A stretch of DNA of 64,000 bases from an uncultured Planctomycetota bacterium (GCA_963737655.1 CAVTTN010000002.1:1312001-1376000), one strand, 5' to 3'. Counted from the stretch's first letter, positions 52,777-62,624 are shown. Notes: a model not told the origin generated them from the sequence alone. A program made the numbers and translations.

Positions 52777-54045
52777 ATGTCCGAGGTCGTCGGCTCGATC
52801 TTGCAGTTCCTGGAGGCGGCCCAGGGGGCGAGCGCCCTGGTCCACGGCGGGGCGTGGGCGATGCAGGCCCTCCGCAACTTCGGCCGCCAGCAGAAGGCCG
52901 GGCAGATCCGCCGGTTCCTCGAAGAGCTCGGCAACACCAGCGAGCCCCAGGTCCGGTCGCTGGTCGGCGACTGGGCGAAGTCCCGGCCCCGGCCGCCGTC
53001 GATCGACGATCGCGAGGCGCTGATCGCCGTGCTGGTGAACCTCTCGCGGCGGGCCCGGTTCGTGACGACCCACGGGACCGCCCGGAGCAGCATCCTCCGC
53101 AGCCTCCCCCTGATCGAGCAGATGCTCTCGGACATCCAGCCCCGGAGGCGGAGGGGCGAGCCCGTGGCCCCGGAACACCGGAGCTGGAAGCTCGAACGGT
53201 TCCTCGGCATGGGCAATTTCGGCGAGGTCTGGATGGCGAGGAACCCGAACTACCCGCAGCCCCGGGCGTTCAAGTTCTTCACCCGGCCCGGGGCGATCGA
53301 GGCCATCCGCCGGGAGCAGGAGAGCCTGTTCGCCGTCCGCCGCGACCTGGGCGACCACCCGAACCTGATCCGGTTCGAGGACGTCGAGCTCGACGACCGC
53401 GTGATGCCGTACATCGCCCTGGAGTTCGCCGGCGGGGGTTCTCTCGAAGACTGGATCCTGGAGGACGTCGCCGACCGGCCCGCCGTGAACAAGCACGACA
53501 TCGTCCGCCAGGTGGCCGACGGCCTGGCGACGGCCCACCGCCACAAGATCTACCACCGAGACATCAAGCCGGCGAACCTGGTGCTGACCGAGGGCCCCCG
53601 TCCCGTGGCCAAGATCACCGATTTCGGGCTGGGGAAGGTCTCGGCCGAGATCGCCGGGGCGAATGCCTCGACCAGCGCCGCGGTGGTCGTCGGGACGCCG
53701 ATGTACCTGCCCCCCGAGGCCCAGCACCACCGGGACGGCCGCCAACCGGCTCAAGACGACGTGTTCGCCCTCGGCGTGGTCTGGTATCAACTCCTGGTCG
53801 AGAAGCTCGAACGCCCCCCGTACGACTTCGCCGACGAGCTGAGGCACAAGGGGGCCGACTCCCACACGATCGCCCTGATCTCGCGATGCCTCGGGAGGCC
53901 CGAGAACCGCTTCCGGGACGCCGGGGAGCTCGTCGAGAAGCTCGATTTCGTGGGCCTACCCCTCTGGGACGTGCCCCCCGGCGCGCTCGACGTCCAGTAC
54001 CTGTTCCGCGAGTACCACGCGAGCCTGCCGGAAGCATCCCTGTAG
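52777..54045 (+). CDS. Ser/Thr protein kinase with N-terminal helical domain
   Basis: FLGMGNFGEVW, AFK, HRDIKPAN, DFGLG, GTPMYLPPE and DVFALG. Confidence 0.88.
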   Translation: MSEVVGSILQFLEAAQGASALVHGGAWAMQALRNFGRQQKAGQIRRFLEELGNTSEPQVRSLVGDWAKSRPRPPSIDDREALIAVLVNLSRRARFVTTHGTARSSILRSLPLIEQMLSDIQPRRRRGEPVAPEHRSWKLERFLGMGNFGEVWMARNPNYPQPRAFKFFTRPGAIEAIRREQESLFAVRRDLGDHPNLIRFEDVELDDRVMPYIALEFAGGGSLEDWILEDVADRPAVNKHDIVRQVADGLATAHRHKIYHRDIKPANLVLTEGPRPVAKITDFGLGKVSAEIAGANASTSAAVVVGTPMYLPPEAQHHRDGRQPAQDDVFALGVVWYQLLVEKLERPPYDFADELRHKGADSHTIALISRCLGRPENRFRDAGELVEKLDFVGLPLWDVPPGALDVQYLFREYHASLPEASL

Positions 54046-54117
54046 GCCGCATGCAATGCACCGTCGCGTCGGGCGGGTGAAACCGGCCGCGAGTTTGGTG
54101 CATTGCATGCACCCTAC
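54042..54117. repeat. GTAG-family REP doublet between convergent genes
   Basis: GTAGGCCGCATGCAATGCACC ... GGTGCATTGCATGCACCCTAC. Confidence 0.8.
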
Positions 54118-57100
54118 GGTCCGGAAAGCGCCCTCTCCAGCTCCTCGCGATCGACGAACGGGCTCTGGAGCCGCAGGGCCCCGCCTCCGCATTCCCACAG
54201 GAGGTCGCCTCGGCCGAGGAGGTCGGCGCCGTCGGGCCTTCGGAGGATCAGTTTGGAGTCGGCCTCGGAGGCGACCTTCAGGCAGATCCGGGCCGGGAGG
54301 TTGCTTCGGAGCAGAGGGGTGACCACGCTCGCCTCGGGCCTCTGGGTGGCCAGGACCAGGTGGATTCCTGCGGCGCGGGCCTTCCCTCCGAGCCTCTTCA
54401 AAGGGGTTTCCAGCGCCTTCTTCGTCGCCTTGTCGGTCATGAGGTCGGCGAACTCGTCGAAGACGACGACGATCCTCGGCGGGGCCTTGGGGTCGATCGC
54501 CTGCCACTGGCCGAGGTCTTCGAGCCGCCGGTCCCTCATCTCGGCGAACCGGCGCTCGCCCTCGTTGAAGACGTCCTCGACGATCCCCAGGGCCTCCTCC
54601 GCGCCCAGGGCCACCGGCCGGAGGAGGAACGGGCCGGGCTCCTGGCCGAAGTTGAAAGTGACCTGCTTCGGGTCGATCAGGGCGAACCGGAGGCGATCGG
54701 GGCCGAGCCGGGCGGCCAGGCTGGCGATCATGGCCTTGAGGAACTCGCTCTTGCCGCTGCCGGTGGTGCCGGCGACCAGGGCGTGGCAGAAGTTCGGGTC
54801 GGAGAAGTCCAGCCAGTGCGTCTCCCCGGCCACGTCCTGGCCGACGGGGAAGCTGGGCGTTCCCGGGGGGCCGGCCGGGAGGTCGCGGAGGCGGACCGTC
54901 CGGCGGAAGCTCGCGGGCAATTCGACGTCGATGCTCACCAGGCCACCCTGCGAGCCGATCAGGGGGAGCGTCTCGACGGCCAGGCCAATTTTGAGGTCCT
55001 CGGCCCGCCCCCGGATCTTGTTGATCGTCGTCGAGGGGTAGGGCTCGACCAAGAACCGGGCGAACGTCGGGCCGATCTGCGGGCCTCCCCGGGCCCGGAC
55101 CCGCGCCCCCAGCTCGCCGAGCCTCCGCGAGATGAACATCTGGGCGTCGTCGGACCAGAGCAACCGGGGCTCGCCATCTTCGTCCAGCTTGGACGGAGGG
55201 GGAGGAGGCGGGGGCGGCGGAACCGTCTCGACCGGCGGGGGCATCGTCGTCACGACCGGCGGGGGCGGCTTCACCACGACCGGCTCGGCGGGGCGTTCCG
55301 GGGGCGCCACCCATCCGGCGAAGATCTGGTCGAACAGGCCGAGGTTCGCCAGGACTCCGAGCTTCGCCGCCAGGTCGCGGAACTCCCCGGCCGAGACGAT
55401 CCGCCCGCCGACCTGGAGGTTCTGCGCCCTGGCCTTCTCCAGAAGCGTCAGATACGTTTCCAGGCGGGCGAAATCGTCGCGAGAGCCGACCAGAGAGACA
55501 ATTCGAAGGTGCTGCTTCTGGACCCCCTCCTCGATCTCCGTCCTCGCCGCGGGGCCGGCCGGGACCTCGGCCCTCGCCGTGACGAAGACGGCCCCGACGG
55601 CGTCCCCCTTCTCGACCGTCTTGAGGGCCGCCTTCAGGTAAGCCGTAAACCGCCGGGCGTCATGGTTGACCTCGAAGGCCACCACCAGAGACTTCGCGCC
55701 CTCTCGCCCGTCCAGGACGGCCTCCAGGGTGTAGCGATAAGGGTCCGGGCTGCCGGCGACCTGCGGGACCGGCCCGTCTCGGACGTCCTTGATGGCCAAT
55801 CCGGCGCCGGTCGGGGGGCGGAGGGCTTCGAGGAACGCCTTGTGGAGCCGTTGGTCCTGGACGTTCTCCGGCCCCCGAGTCTTGTCCCTGGTCGCGTCCT
55901 GGAGCTCCTTCTCCCACTCGTCGCGGATCGCCGCGAGCGGATCGACGGGCGGATCGACCGGGCCGGCCGGCATCAGGTCAATCGCCCGGCCGAGGTCCCC
56001 CTCGTCGGCCCAGTCCCGGTACGCTTCCTCGCAGGTCTTGAGAAGTCCCCGAGGTCGCTGAGGGGCCGAGGCGATCAGGCGGCGGAGCGAGGGCTCGTCG
56101 ATCGGCCACCATCCGGGCCGGGCCGCCGGGCCGTCGGGCCAGTGGAGCAACCTTCGATGGACGAGGGCCAGCGCCTCGTCTTCGTCCAGGTCGTTCAGGC
56201 TGGAAGGGCTCGTCCGCTCGTGGAAGGAGGCCAGGAAACGGTCGGCCAGCAACTTCCATTCGACCTCCAGGCAGGCCACCAGGATCAGCAAGTTCGGGAC
56301 GACCGACCGGAGCGTCATCATGTCGGTGCTGAACTGGAGGGGCGCGTTCTCGCGGTCGGCGAGGAGGACGTCGAGCTGGTCGATGCAGAGGATCACGGGC
56401 AGGTGACCGGCCATCAGCGAGGCCACGGCCTCGACGACTCGCACCGGGTCGGGCGGCTCGTCGGGCAGGCCGAGCCGGGCGGAGACGTCGTCGGGCAGGA
56501 TCTCGCCCCGGAGCCATCGGCGGGCGGCGTCCTTCTCGGGCGACCAGCCCAGGGCCAGGGCCCGGACGATGTTGCCGTCGAGATCGGGATGGGCCTTCGC
56601 CAGCGATTCGGCGAACGTGCGGAACGGCTCGACGGCCTTCACGGCGTCGACGATCGGCCAGACGGCGGCGTCCTCGGCCCGGAGCCGCTCGTGAAGGTCC
56701 TCATGCCGGGCCTCGATCGGCCGGGGGAGGAACGCCAGGTATTTCAGGAACGACGGCCGGGCGAGCCGGGCCAGGGCGCGGGCCAGGGGGGAGCGCGTCC
56801 TGCCGTCGGACTCGTCGAAGACGCTCATGACGACATGATGGCGGATGTGGGCCAGGGGCCGCCGGACGTCCTGGATCGGCGGGACGAACACGAACAGGAC
56901 GGCGCCGCCGATCTCGTGGGCGATCCGGCCGAAGAGGTGCGTCTTGCCGTAGCCGGGAGGCCCGAGCAAGACCTGGATCTTGCGGTTCGGGTCGATCCCT
57001 CGGCGGCCGTCCATCGCCGAGATCGCGGCCTTGAGCCTCTCGGTCACGTCCCGTCCGATCGAGGGGACGTCCCACTCGGGGACGAAATCGACCGGGCCGT

Positions 57101-57152
57101 TCAGGACGCCCCGGCCGAACGGGTTCGGAGGCGGAGGGCCGTCGCCGGTCAT
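54114..57152 (-). CDS. Double P-loop NTPase: N-terminal AAA-type ATPase fused to a C-terminal FtsK/SpoIIIE motor domain
   Basis: LLGPPGYGKT and VILCIDQLD; Pro-rich linker; GPQIGPTFARF (FtsK alpha-like), HALVAGTTGSGKS, VVFDEFAD, ARAAGIHLVLATQRP and LLGRGDLL. No TM segment and no gamma domain. Confidence 0.85.
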   Translation of the reverse strand: MTGDGPPPPNPFGRGVLNGPVDFVPEWDVPSIGRDVTERLKAAISAMDGRRGIDPNRKIQVLLGPPGYGKTHLFGRIAHEIGGAVLFVFVPPIQDVRRPLAHIRHHVVMSVFDESDGRTRSPLARALARLARPSFLKYLAFLPRPIEARHEDLHERLRAEDAAVWPIVDAVKAVEPFRTFAESLAKAHPDLDGNIVRALALGWSPEKDAARRWLRGEILPDDVSARLGLPDEPPDPVRVVEAVASLMAGHLPVILCIDQLDVLLADRENAPLQFSTDMMTLRSVVPNLLILVACLEVEWKLLADRFLASFHERTSPSSLNDLDEDEALALVHRRLLHWPDGPAARPGWWPIDEPSLRRLIASAPQRPRGLLKTCEEAYRDWADEGDLGRAIDLMPAGPVDPPVDPLAAIRDEWEKELQDATRDKTRGPENVQDQRLHKAFLEALRPPTGAGLAIKDVRDGPVPQVAGSPDPYRYTLEAVLDGREGAKSLVVAFEVNHDARRFTAYLKAALKTVEKGDAVGAVFVTARAEVPAGPAARTEIEEGVQKQHLRIVSLVGSRDDFARLETYLTLLEKARAQNLQVGGRIVSAGEFRDLAAKLGVLANLGLFDQIFAGWVAPPERPAEPVVVKPPPPVVTTMPPPVETVPPPPPPPPPSKLDEDGEPRLLWSDDAQMFISRRLGELGARVRARGGPQIGPTFARFLVEPYPSTTINKIRGRAEDLKIGLAVETLPLIGSQGGLVSIDVELPASFRRTVRLRDLPAGPPGTPSFPVGQDVAGETHWLDFSDPNFCHALVAGTTGSGKSEFLKAMIASLAARLGPDRLRFALIDPKQVTFNFGQEPGPFLLRPVALGAEEALGIVEDVFNEGERRFAEMRDRRLEDLGQWQAIDPKAPPRIVVVFDEFADLMTDKATKKALETPLKRLGGKARAAGIHLVLATQRPEASVVTPLLRSNLPARICLKVASEADSKLILRRPDGADLLGRGDLLWECGGGALRLQSPFVDREELERALSGP

Positions 57153-58261
57153 GAGACGCCCTCCACGTAGAACCAGAGCTCCTGCCGGCCCGGGATCGCG
57201 TCGTCACGGTCCTCGACCGTCACTCCCGAGGTGTCGTTCAGCGGGAGGAGCCGGAGTTTCCGGTCGCGATGGAGGCCCAGAATCCGCTCGTCCAGGGCGT
57301 CATGCCGCGCCGCCGAGGGGCCGAGCGCCCTCGCGATCGACCGGCGGATCTCGGGGATCGGCACCAGGCCCGAATGGCCGAACCGCTCGCGTTTCAGCTC
57401 GGTGAAGGCGGCCATCACGGCGCGGTCGATCGCCTCGGGGCCGAGCGGTTGCGGCGTCGGGGGCGGCGGGATGACCGTTCCGCCGAGGGCGGCCCGCGCC
57501 GCGTCGTCGAATCGCTCCGGAGAGATCCCGGCGCCTCCGTATTTCTTGCGGAGCCCCTCCAGTTCCCCGCGGAGGTGTTCGACCAGGTCCGGCGGCCGGT
57601 CGGTGAACTTTCGCGGCTCCTTGACGGCGAACTTCAGGGCCTCGTGCGCGTGGCCGGCATCCAGGAGGCCTTGCAGGAGGTCGCCGAGCTGGTCCTCCGA
57701 GGCGCCCGGACAGGCTTTCTTCGCGGCCCTGGCGAGCTCGGGGAACGTCTGGGGGCCGCGATCCTTCCCCTTGCCCTTGCTCAGGACCGCGAGCAGGGCC
57801 GATTTCGCCAGGTGGTCGGGGCCCCGGTCCCAGAAGAGCGGCGCACCGCCCTTCTTCGCCGGGGGAAAGCGGTGGACGCCTCCGCGATCGGCGAGCGTTT
57901 CGAGGGCCTTGCGGACCGTCTCGACCGAGAACTTGTTGCCGGTCCGGGTCCGGACCCTCGCCGGGTCGAGCGGCGCGTCGGAACCTCGGAGGGCCGGGAG
58001 CAGGGCGTCGATCGCGGCGGCGTCCTGGCTCGTCAGGGCGAACCTCGGGGCCTTGCCCGAGGCGGGGTCCCAGCGGTGGATGGCCGCTCGCGAGGCCATC
58101 TCCTCCAGGAGCGCGCCGAGGCCGGCCGCCGACGGCTTCTTCTTGCCCGGCAGCTTCGCCCGGACCTGCGCCGTCGTCATCGGCTCGGACGTCTCGCCGA
58201 CGAGGGCGAGGATCGATTCCTCCAGACTCGACTCATCCAGGAGCGATTTCTGAATCGCCAT
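57149..58261 (-). CDS. Hypothetical basic protein with probable tandem winged-helix domains, translationally coupled to the AAA-FtsK gene
   Basis: Repeated helix-helix-helix-hairpin units (e.g. PMTTAQVRAKL...AIHRW; KALETLADRGGVHRF); ATGA overlap at 57149-57152. Confidence 0.6.
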   Translation of the reverse strand: MAIQKSLLDESSLEESILALVGETSEPMTTAQVRAKLPGKKKPSAAGLGALLEEMASRAAIHRWDPASGKAPRFALTSQDAAAIDALLPALRGSDAPLDPARVRTRTGNKFSVETVRKALETLADRGGVHRFPPAKKGGAPLFWDRGPDHLAKSALLAVLSKGKGKDRGPQTFPELARAAKKACPGASEDQLGDLLQGLLDAGHAHEALKFAVKEPRKFTDRPPDLVEHLRGELEGLRKKYGGAGISPERFDDAARAALGGTVIPPPPTPQPLGPEAIDRAVMAAFTELKRERFGHSGLVPIPEIRRSIARALGPSAARHDALDERILGLHRDRKLRLLPLNDTSGVTVEDRDDAIPGRQELWFYVEGVS

Positions 58262-58406
58262 CGGTCGATCCCCGATCGGTCCGCATCCTCGTGAGCCGGA
58301 CGACGCGAGGACTTTACCTGACGAGCGAGTCGGGAACAAGTGTCTACCGAAAGTTCCCCGGCGAGGGGTCGGTCGCGGACGCTCATGGATCGTCGGGGCC
58401 GTACGA

Positions 58407-59207
58407 TCAATCGAGCGGGTTGGATCTCGGGGCCGCGGGGAACGCCTCGTGGAACTCTCGCCAGCAGGCCCTCCACCAGCCCACGAACGAAAGTCCGCCC
58501 CGGCCGATGGCTCGCCGGTGAGACGCCCCGACGACCAGGACCGTCCCGAAGAACAGGGTCCGTTGCAGGGCCATCGTCGCGAATCGGCCGAGGCGGCCCC
58601 GAGCTTCGCGGAGCCTCCCGAGCCGATCGGCCTGGAATGCGACGTGCCGCGCCTCGTCGCCGAGGATCTGGTCGCAGAGACTCCGCAGGACCGCCGAACG
58701 GGTCGCCTCCCGCAGGGCGGCATAGTAGACCTTGGCGAGGATCTCGGCCGTGATCAGGACGGCGATCGCGGCTTCGAGCCCTCCGGCGAATCGTCGCAGG
58801 CCCCGGAACACGCGATCGCCGGGCGTGGTCGCCACCAGGGGGATGCCGTTGAGACCGAGGAAGCGGCCGAGGTCGCGGGCGTGCCTCCGCTCCTCGGCGA
58901 TGAACAGTCGGATCGCGGCGACGTACTCGCGGTCGCCGGTCCTCTCGGCGTACCGCTGGGCGGATCGGAGCAGGTGCTTGCCCTCCGAGCTCTCGCCGGC
59001 CTGGAACTCCCGGAGCGACCGGGCGATCGCGGCGGTTTCCTCGGGAGTCAAGTCGGCCCCGAGCGACCAGGGGATCTCCCGGAGCGACCGGGCATTGCGT
59101 TCGAAGGACCGTCGCCAATCCAGCGAGGTCGGCCGGGTCGCCGAGGGTTGGTGGGGTCGCGGAAAGGGTGCGAATCGCGGCGCGCGGGGAATCCTCGGCG
59201 TCCTCAT
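58407..59207 (-). CDS. Ferritin-like domain protein
   Basis: EFQAGESSEG, FIAEERRHA, AEILAKVYY and ILGDEARHVAF (two ExxH diiron motifs). Confidence 0.82.
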   Translation of the reverse strand: MRTPRIPRAPRFAPFPRPHQPSATRPTSLDWRRSFERNARSLREIPWSLGADLTPEETAAIARSLREFQAGESSEGKHLLRSAQRYAERTGDREYVAAIRLFIAEERRHARDLGRFLGLNGIPLVATTPGDRVFRGLRRFAGGLEAAIAVLITAEILAKVYYAALREATRSAVLRSLCDQILGDEARHVAFQADRLGRLREARGRLGRFATMALQRTLFFGTVLVVGASHRRAIGRGGLSFVGWWRACWREFHEAFPAAPRSNPLD

Positions 59208-59264
59208 GAACGTCTCCCGTCGAGAATCGCGATGGGCCTCCCCCGGCGGGGGAGGCCCGACATT

Positions 59265-59324
59265 CTTTGCGATGCAAAGCGAACCAGGCTCGGCCATCTT
59301 TGCGATGCAAAGTCGCCGAGTCAA
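59265..59324 (-). promoter_or_regulatory. Tandem palindromic operators overlapping the putative promoter of the ferritin-like gene
   Basis: CTTTGCgatGCAAAG at 59265-59279 and 59298-59312; TTGACT (-35-like) on the minus strand at 59319-59324. Confidence 0.65.
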
Positions 59325-59406
59325 GGATTTTTCCGGGCTTCCGCGCGGAGGGCGGCCCGGGAGGTCTGGGATCGAGAGGGGATTCCGCCGTGGAGGGCCG
59401 CCGCGA

Positions 59407-61638
59407 TCAGAGTTTCGAGGGTCGCGCCGGCATCCAGGGCGAGAACGCGCCGAGGCCGTGGACCCGGAGCTTGCGGCTCCAGATCCGATCGCCGCAGAAG
59501 GCGAACAGGGTGTCCATCTCGCGGCCCCCGAGGCAGAGGCCGACGGGCCGGGATCGGTCGGGCAAGGGCAGGATCGCCTGGGAGGGGCCGTCGTCGGCGC
59601 AGGCCTGGACGCCCAGGCGGGTGGCCACGAGCATCGGCCCTTCCCTGGCGGAGCAGACCGCCTCGGCCCCGGCGTCGTCCTGGTCGTCGGGCTGGTGGAG
59701 CCAGAAGAACCGCTCCTTGTTCGCGAGCGTCCCGTCGGCGTGGATCTGGTAGCTGTAGGCCCATTTGGACCGCCCGTCGGCCACGCTCAGGAGCCAGCGG
59801 TCGGCCCGGACGGCCAATCCGGTCGCGCGCTTCAGGCCCGAATCGACCCGGGTCTTCGTGCCGTCCTTGACGAGCCAGACCTCGCCCGATCCCTCCGCGT
59901 CTCCCGAGGTGGTCACATACAGAGATCCCGATGCGGTGGCGAGCAGGTGACGCCCCTTCAGGCCCTCGACGATCGGCCGGCCCTTGCCCTGGGCGTCGAA
60001 GCTCATGACCGTCCCGGTCCGGCTCGACACGGCGAACAACTCGCCGCCGGGGCCGACGCTCAGGGCGTCGGCGCCCCCCGAATCCTCCAGGAAGTCGTGG
60101 ATTTTCCCGTCCGGGTCGATCCGGGAGACCTTGCCCTCGGGGCCCTCGACGAAGAACACCTCGCCCCGGGCGTTGACCGCCGGCCCTCGGGCGTCTCGGC
60201 GGCCCTCGGCGACGAGGCGCCAGGGCTCGTCGGGCAGGATCAGGTCGCGGATTCGAGGGGCGCTCGGGCCCGCCTTCACCGGCTCGGGCCAGCCTTTCCA
60301 GAGGAAGGCCATCGCCTCTCGCCAGAGGTCGTGGTAGCCCGCGACGTGCCCGCCGTCGAGGATTCGAAATTGGTGATCATACCCCGAGAACTTCAGGGCC
60401 TTGTCCATCTCCTGGTCGAGCAGGAACCAGTCGCCGGCGCAGTTCTCCATGTCGCGGGTGCCGGTGGTCAGGAACAGGCGGATCGGCTTCGCCTCGGTCT
60501 TGCGGACGAGGGTGGGGAACTCGTGTCCCCCTCGAAACGCGACGAAGCTCCCGCTGTTGGCGTAGACCCGGGAGAACGCCTCGGGCCGGTGCCACGACGC
60601 GGTGAACGCCGCGATCCCCCCGCTGCTGCCTCCCGAGAGGCAGCGGTCATTCCCGAGGGTCGAGAGGCGGAGGTCGAATTTCTTCGAGACCGCCGGCAGG
60701 AGCTCCTCGACCAGGAACCGGACGTTCTCGTCTCCCACGCCGTCGTACTCGAGGCAGCGGTTGCGGCGGCCGATGGTGTCCTTCGTCGGCGCCGGGAGGT
60801 CCCCGGGTCGGACGAACACGCCGATGGTCACGGGGATCTCCTTCGCCGCGATCATGGCTTCCAGGAGGGGTTTCTCGGCGGGGCTGTAGCCGTCGGTCTT
60901 CACGTAGACGCACGCGGGCCGGGAGCCGTCGTACTGGGCCGGGACGAACACCGAGACCTGCCGGACGGTCCCGGGGAAGATGGCGCTTTCCGAGAACACG
61001 AATTCATGAATTTGTCCCTTCGGGATCGCCTCGGGAGGCAGTTCGGGGGCGACGTAGACGCTCGGGGGCGGCCCGCTCGGAGGCTGGACCGGCGACCCGG
61101 CCAGGGGGCGGATCAGCCACTGGAGGTGGCGGTCTCCGGGCTTGTGGGTCCAGAGGTCGATCCGGGCGTCGGGCGCCGCCTTGCCGCCGAAGTGGTCGAG
61201 CCCCTGGCCCGAGACGTGGCCCGGGATCAGGGTGTATGACCCGTCGTCGTTGCGTTCCAGGGACCACTCTTGCCACGGCTTGCCGCGATCGATTTCCAGG
61301 ACGGCGGGCGTGCCGTTGGTCGCGCCTCCCCGGTCCACCGCCAGGACGAGATTCGGGCTGTAGGACGGCCGGATCGCGAAGCGGTCCTTCCCCTTCGGCG
61401 TGATCCGCCACTTCTGGTTGGGCGAGCCCGAGGGCCGCCCGATCGCGACGGCGGTCCCCTCGACGGTGCCCGAGGCGACGGCCTCCAGGGTGAACGCCGG
61501 GGCGCTGCTGGGGACGATCGCATAGGCGCCCCAGTCCTCGGCCGAGGCCATCCCGGGCGAGGAGGAGGCAAACAGGGCGGCGATCCCGCAGAGGAACCGC
61601 CCGGCGATTCGGCGGGGCGTCGAGGTCGTCTCTCTCAT
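59407..61638 (-). CDS. Secreted RICIN-type lectin, alpha/beta-hydrolase esterase and SMP-30/gluconolactonase fusion
   Basis: QxW repeats (NQKW, WQEW, HLQW); SAIFPGTVR...VPAQYDG, GGSSGG nucleophile elbow and GGH; propeller C-terminus with YSYQIHADGTLANKERF. Confidence 0.82.
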   Translation of the reverse strand: MRETTSTPRRIAGRFLCGIAALFASSSPGMASAEDWGAYAIVPSSAPAFTLEAVASGTVEGTAVAIGRPSGSPNQKWRITPKGKDRFAIRPSYSPNLVLAVDRGGATNGTPAVLEIDRGKPWQEWSLERNDDGSYTLIPGHVSGQGLDHFGGKAAPDARIDLWTHKPGDRHLQWLIRPLAGSPVQPPSGPPPSVYVAPELPPEAIPKGQIHEFVFSESAIFPGTVRQVSVFVPAQYDGSRPACVYVKTDGYSPAEKPLLEAMIAAKEIPVTIGVFVRPGDLPAPTKDTIGRRNRCLEYDGVGDENVRFLVEELLPAVSKKFDLRLSTLGNDRCLSGGSSGGIAAFTASWHRPEAFSRVYANSGSFVAFRGGHEFPTLVRKTEAKPIRLFLTTGTRDMENCAGDWFLLDQEMDKALKFSGYDHQFRILDGGHVAGYHDLWREAMAFLWKGWPEPVKAGPSAPRIRDLILPDEPWRLVAEGRRDARGPAVNARGEVFFVEGPEGKVSRIDPDGKIHDFLEDSGGADALSVGPGGELFAVSSRTGTVMSFDAQGKGRPIVEGLKGRHLLATASGSLYVTTSGDAEGSGEVWLVKDGTKTRVDSGLKRATGLAVRADRWLLSVADGRSKWAYSYQIHADGTLANKERFFWLHQPDDQDDAGAEAVCSAREGPMLVATRLGVQACADDGPSQAILPLPDRSRPVGLCLGGREMDTLFAFCGDRIWSRKLRVHGLGAFSPWMPARPSKL

Positions 61639-61822
61639 GGTTGCCTCGCCCCCTGGGGACCGCGATCGTTGGCCTCCTCGCCCGGGCCGAGCTGAGTCCA
61701 GCAAACCGGAGAGGTCCGGTCAACCCGCCTCCGCCCCGGTCGCGGCTTGTCCGAGGGCGCGGGGTCCGGTCTACTGGGGCATCGGCGGGAGGGAGGCGAC
61801 GCCACGACTCAGGGAGGGCGCG

Positions 61823-62608
61823 ATGGCTCGCGGGATGACGTCCTCGGTGCGGGAAGGGCCGGCGAACCCGGAGGGCCTTCGGGACGTCGCCGGTCGCGAG
61901 CGGCGGGGGTGGCTCCGATCGGCGTGGTTCTCGGTCCTCGCCGGGATCGTGGCCCCGATCGCCTGCTTCGCCCTCCAGCCGGCCCTCCTCCACGGCATGC
62001 AGTCCATGCTGCCCGGCCTGAGGTTCATCGACACGTTTTGGCTCTTCAGCTACGGCGTGATGGGGCAGGAGATGCTGGCCCTCGCCCTCTGGCTGGCCTT
62101 CCGCGACCGGCCGGGCGCTTGGAGCGCGTGGCTCTCGGGCGTGTTGCTCGCCGGCGCCCTGTTCGCGGGCGGCCTGGGGCTGGTCCTCCTGCCGATCAGC
62201 CTGATCGGGCTGCTGGCGGTCATCGGAATCCTGGGATTCGTGCCGTTTCTGACCTCCGCCGTCTTCTTCGCGCACGCGGCCGAGGCGTATCGCCGGGCGC
62301 GACGGGTCGCGGGGAACGCGATCGGCCTGGGGCTGCTCGTCCTGGGCGGGTTGATGGTCGTGGGAGGGCCGGCCGCGGTGGAGGTCACGGTCTGGATCGC
62401 TGCGGGATCGGCCATCCGCGGCATCGCCGCCGGAGACCCCTCGGCGACGGCGAGGCTCCGCCCCTGGGCTCGGCTCGTCTCCCTCGACCACCTCACGTGG
62501 GCCTACGCCGCCGAGCCGGACCCGGTTCGCAAGACGAGGCTGGCCGACGCCTTCCGGGAATTGACCGGCGAGGACGTGGAAGCCCGGATCAAGCGGCTCG
62601 ACGATTGA
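61823..62608 (+). CDS. Multi-pass membrane hypothetical protein
   Basis: RBS-like GGAGG; about 5-6 hydrophobic segments; soluble C-terminal tail. Confidence 0.65.
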   Translation: MARGMTSSVREGPANPEGLRDVAGRERRGWLRSAWFSVLAGIVAPIACFALQPALLHGMQSMLPGLRFIDTFWLFSYGVMGQEMLALALWLAFRDRPGAWSAWLSGVLLAGALFAGGLGLVLLPISLIGLLAVIGILGFVPFLTSAVFFAHAAEAYRRARRVAGNAIGLGLLVLGGLMVVGGPAAVEVTVWIAAGSAIRGIAAGDPSATARLRPWARLVSLDHLTWAYAAEPDPVRKTRLADAFRELTGEDVEARIKRLDD

Positions 62609-62624
62609 CCGGCGCCGCCGCGGG

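Noticed and set aside
54114..55200. Cell-division ftsK gene
   Set aside because: It has no N-terminal TM domain or C-terminal gamma domain and is fused to a second ATPase, so the symbol was withheld.
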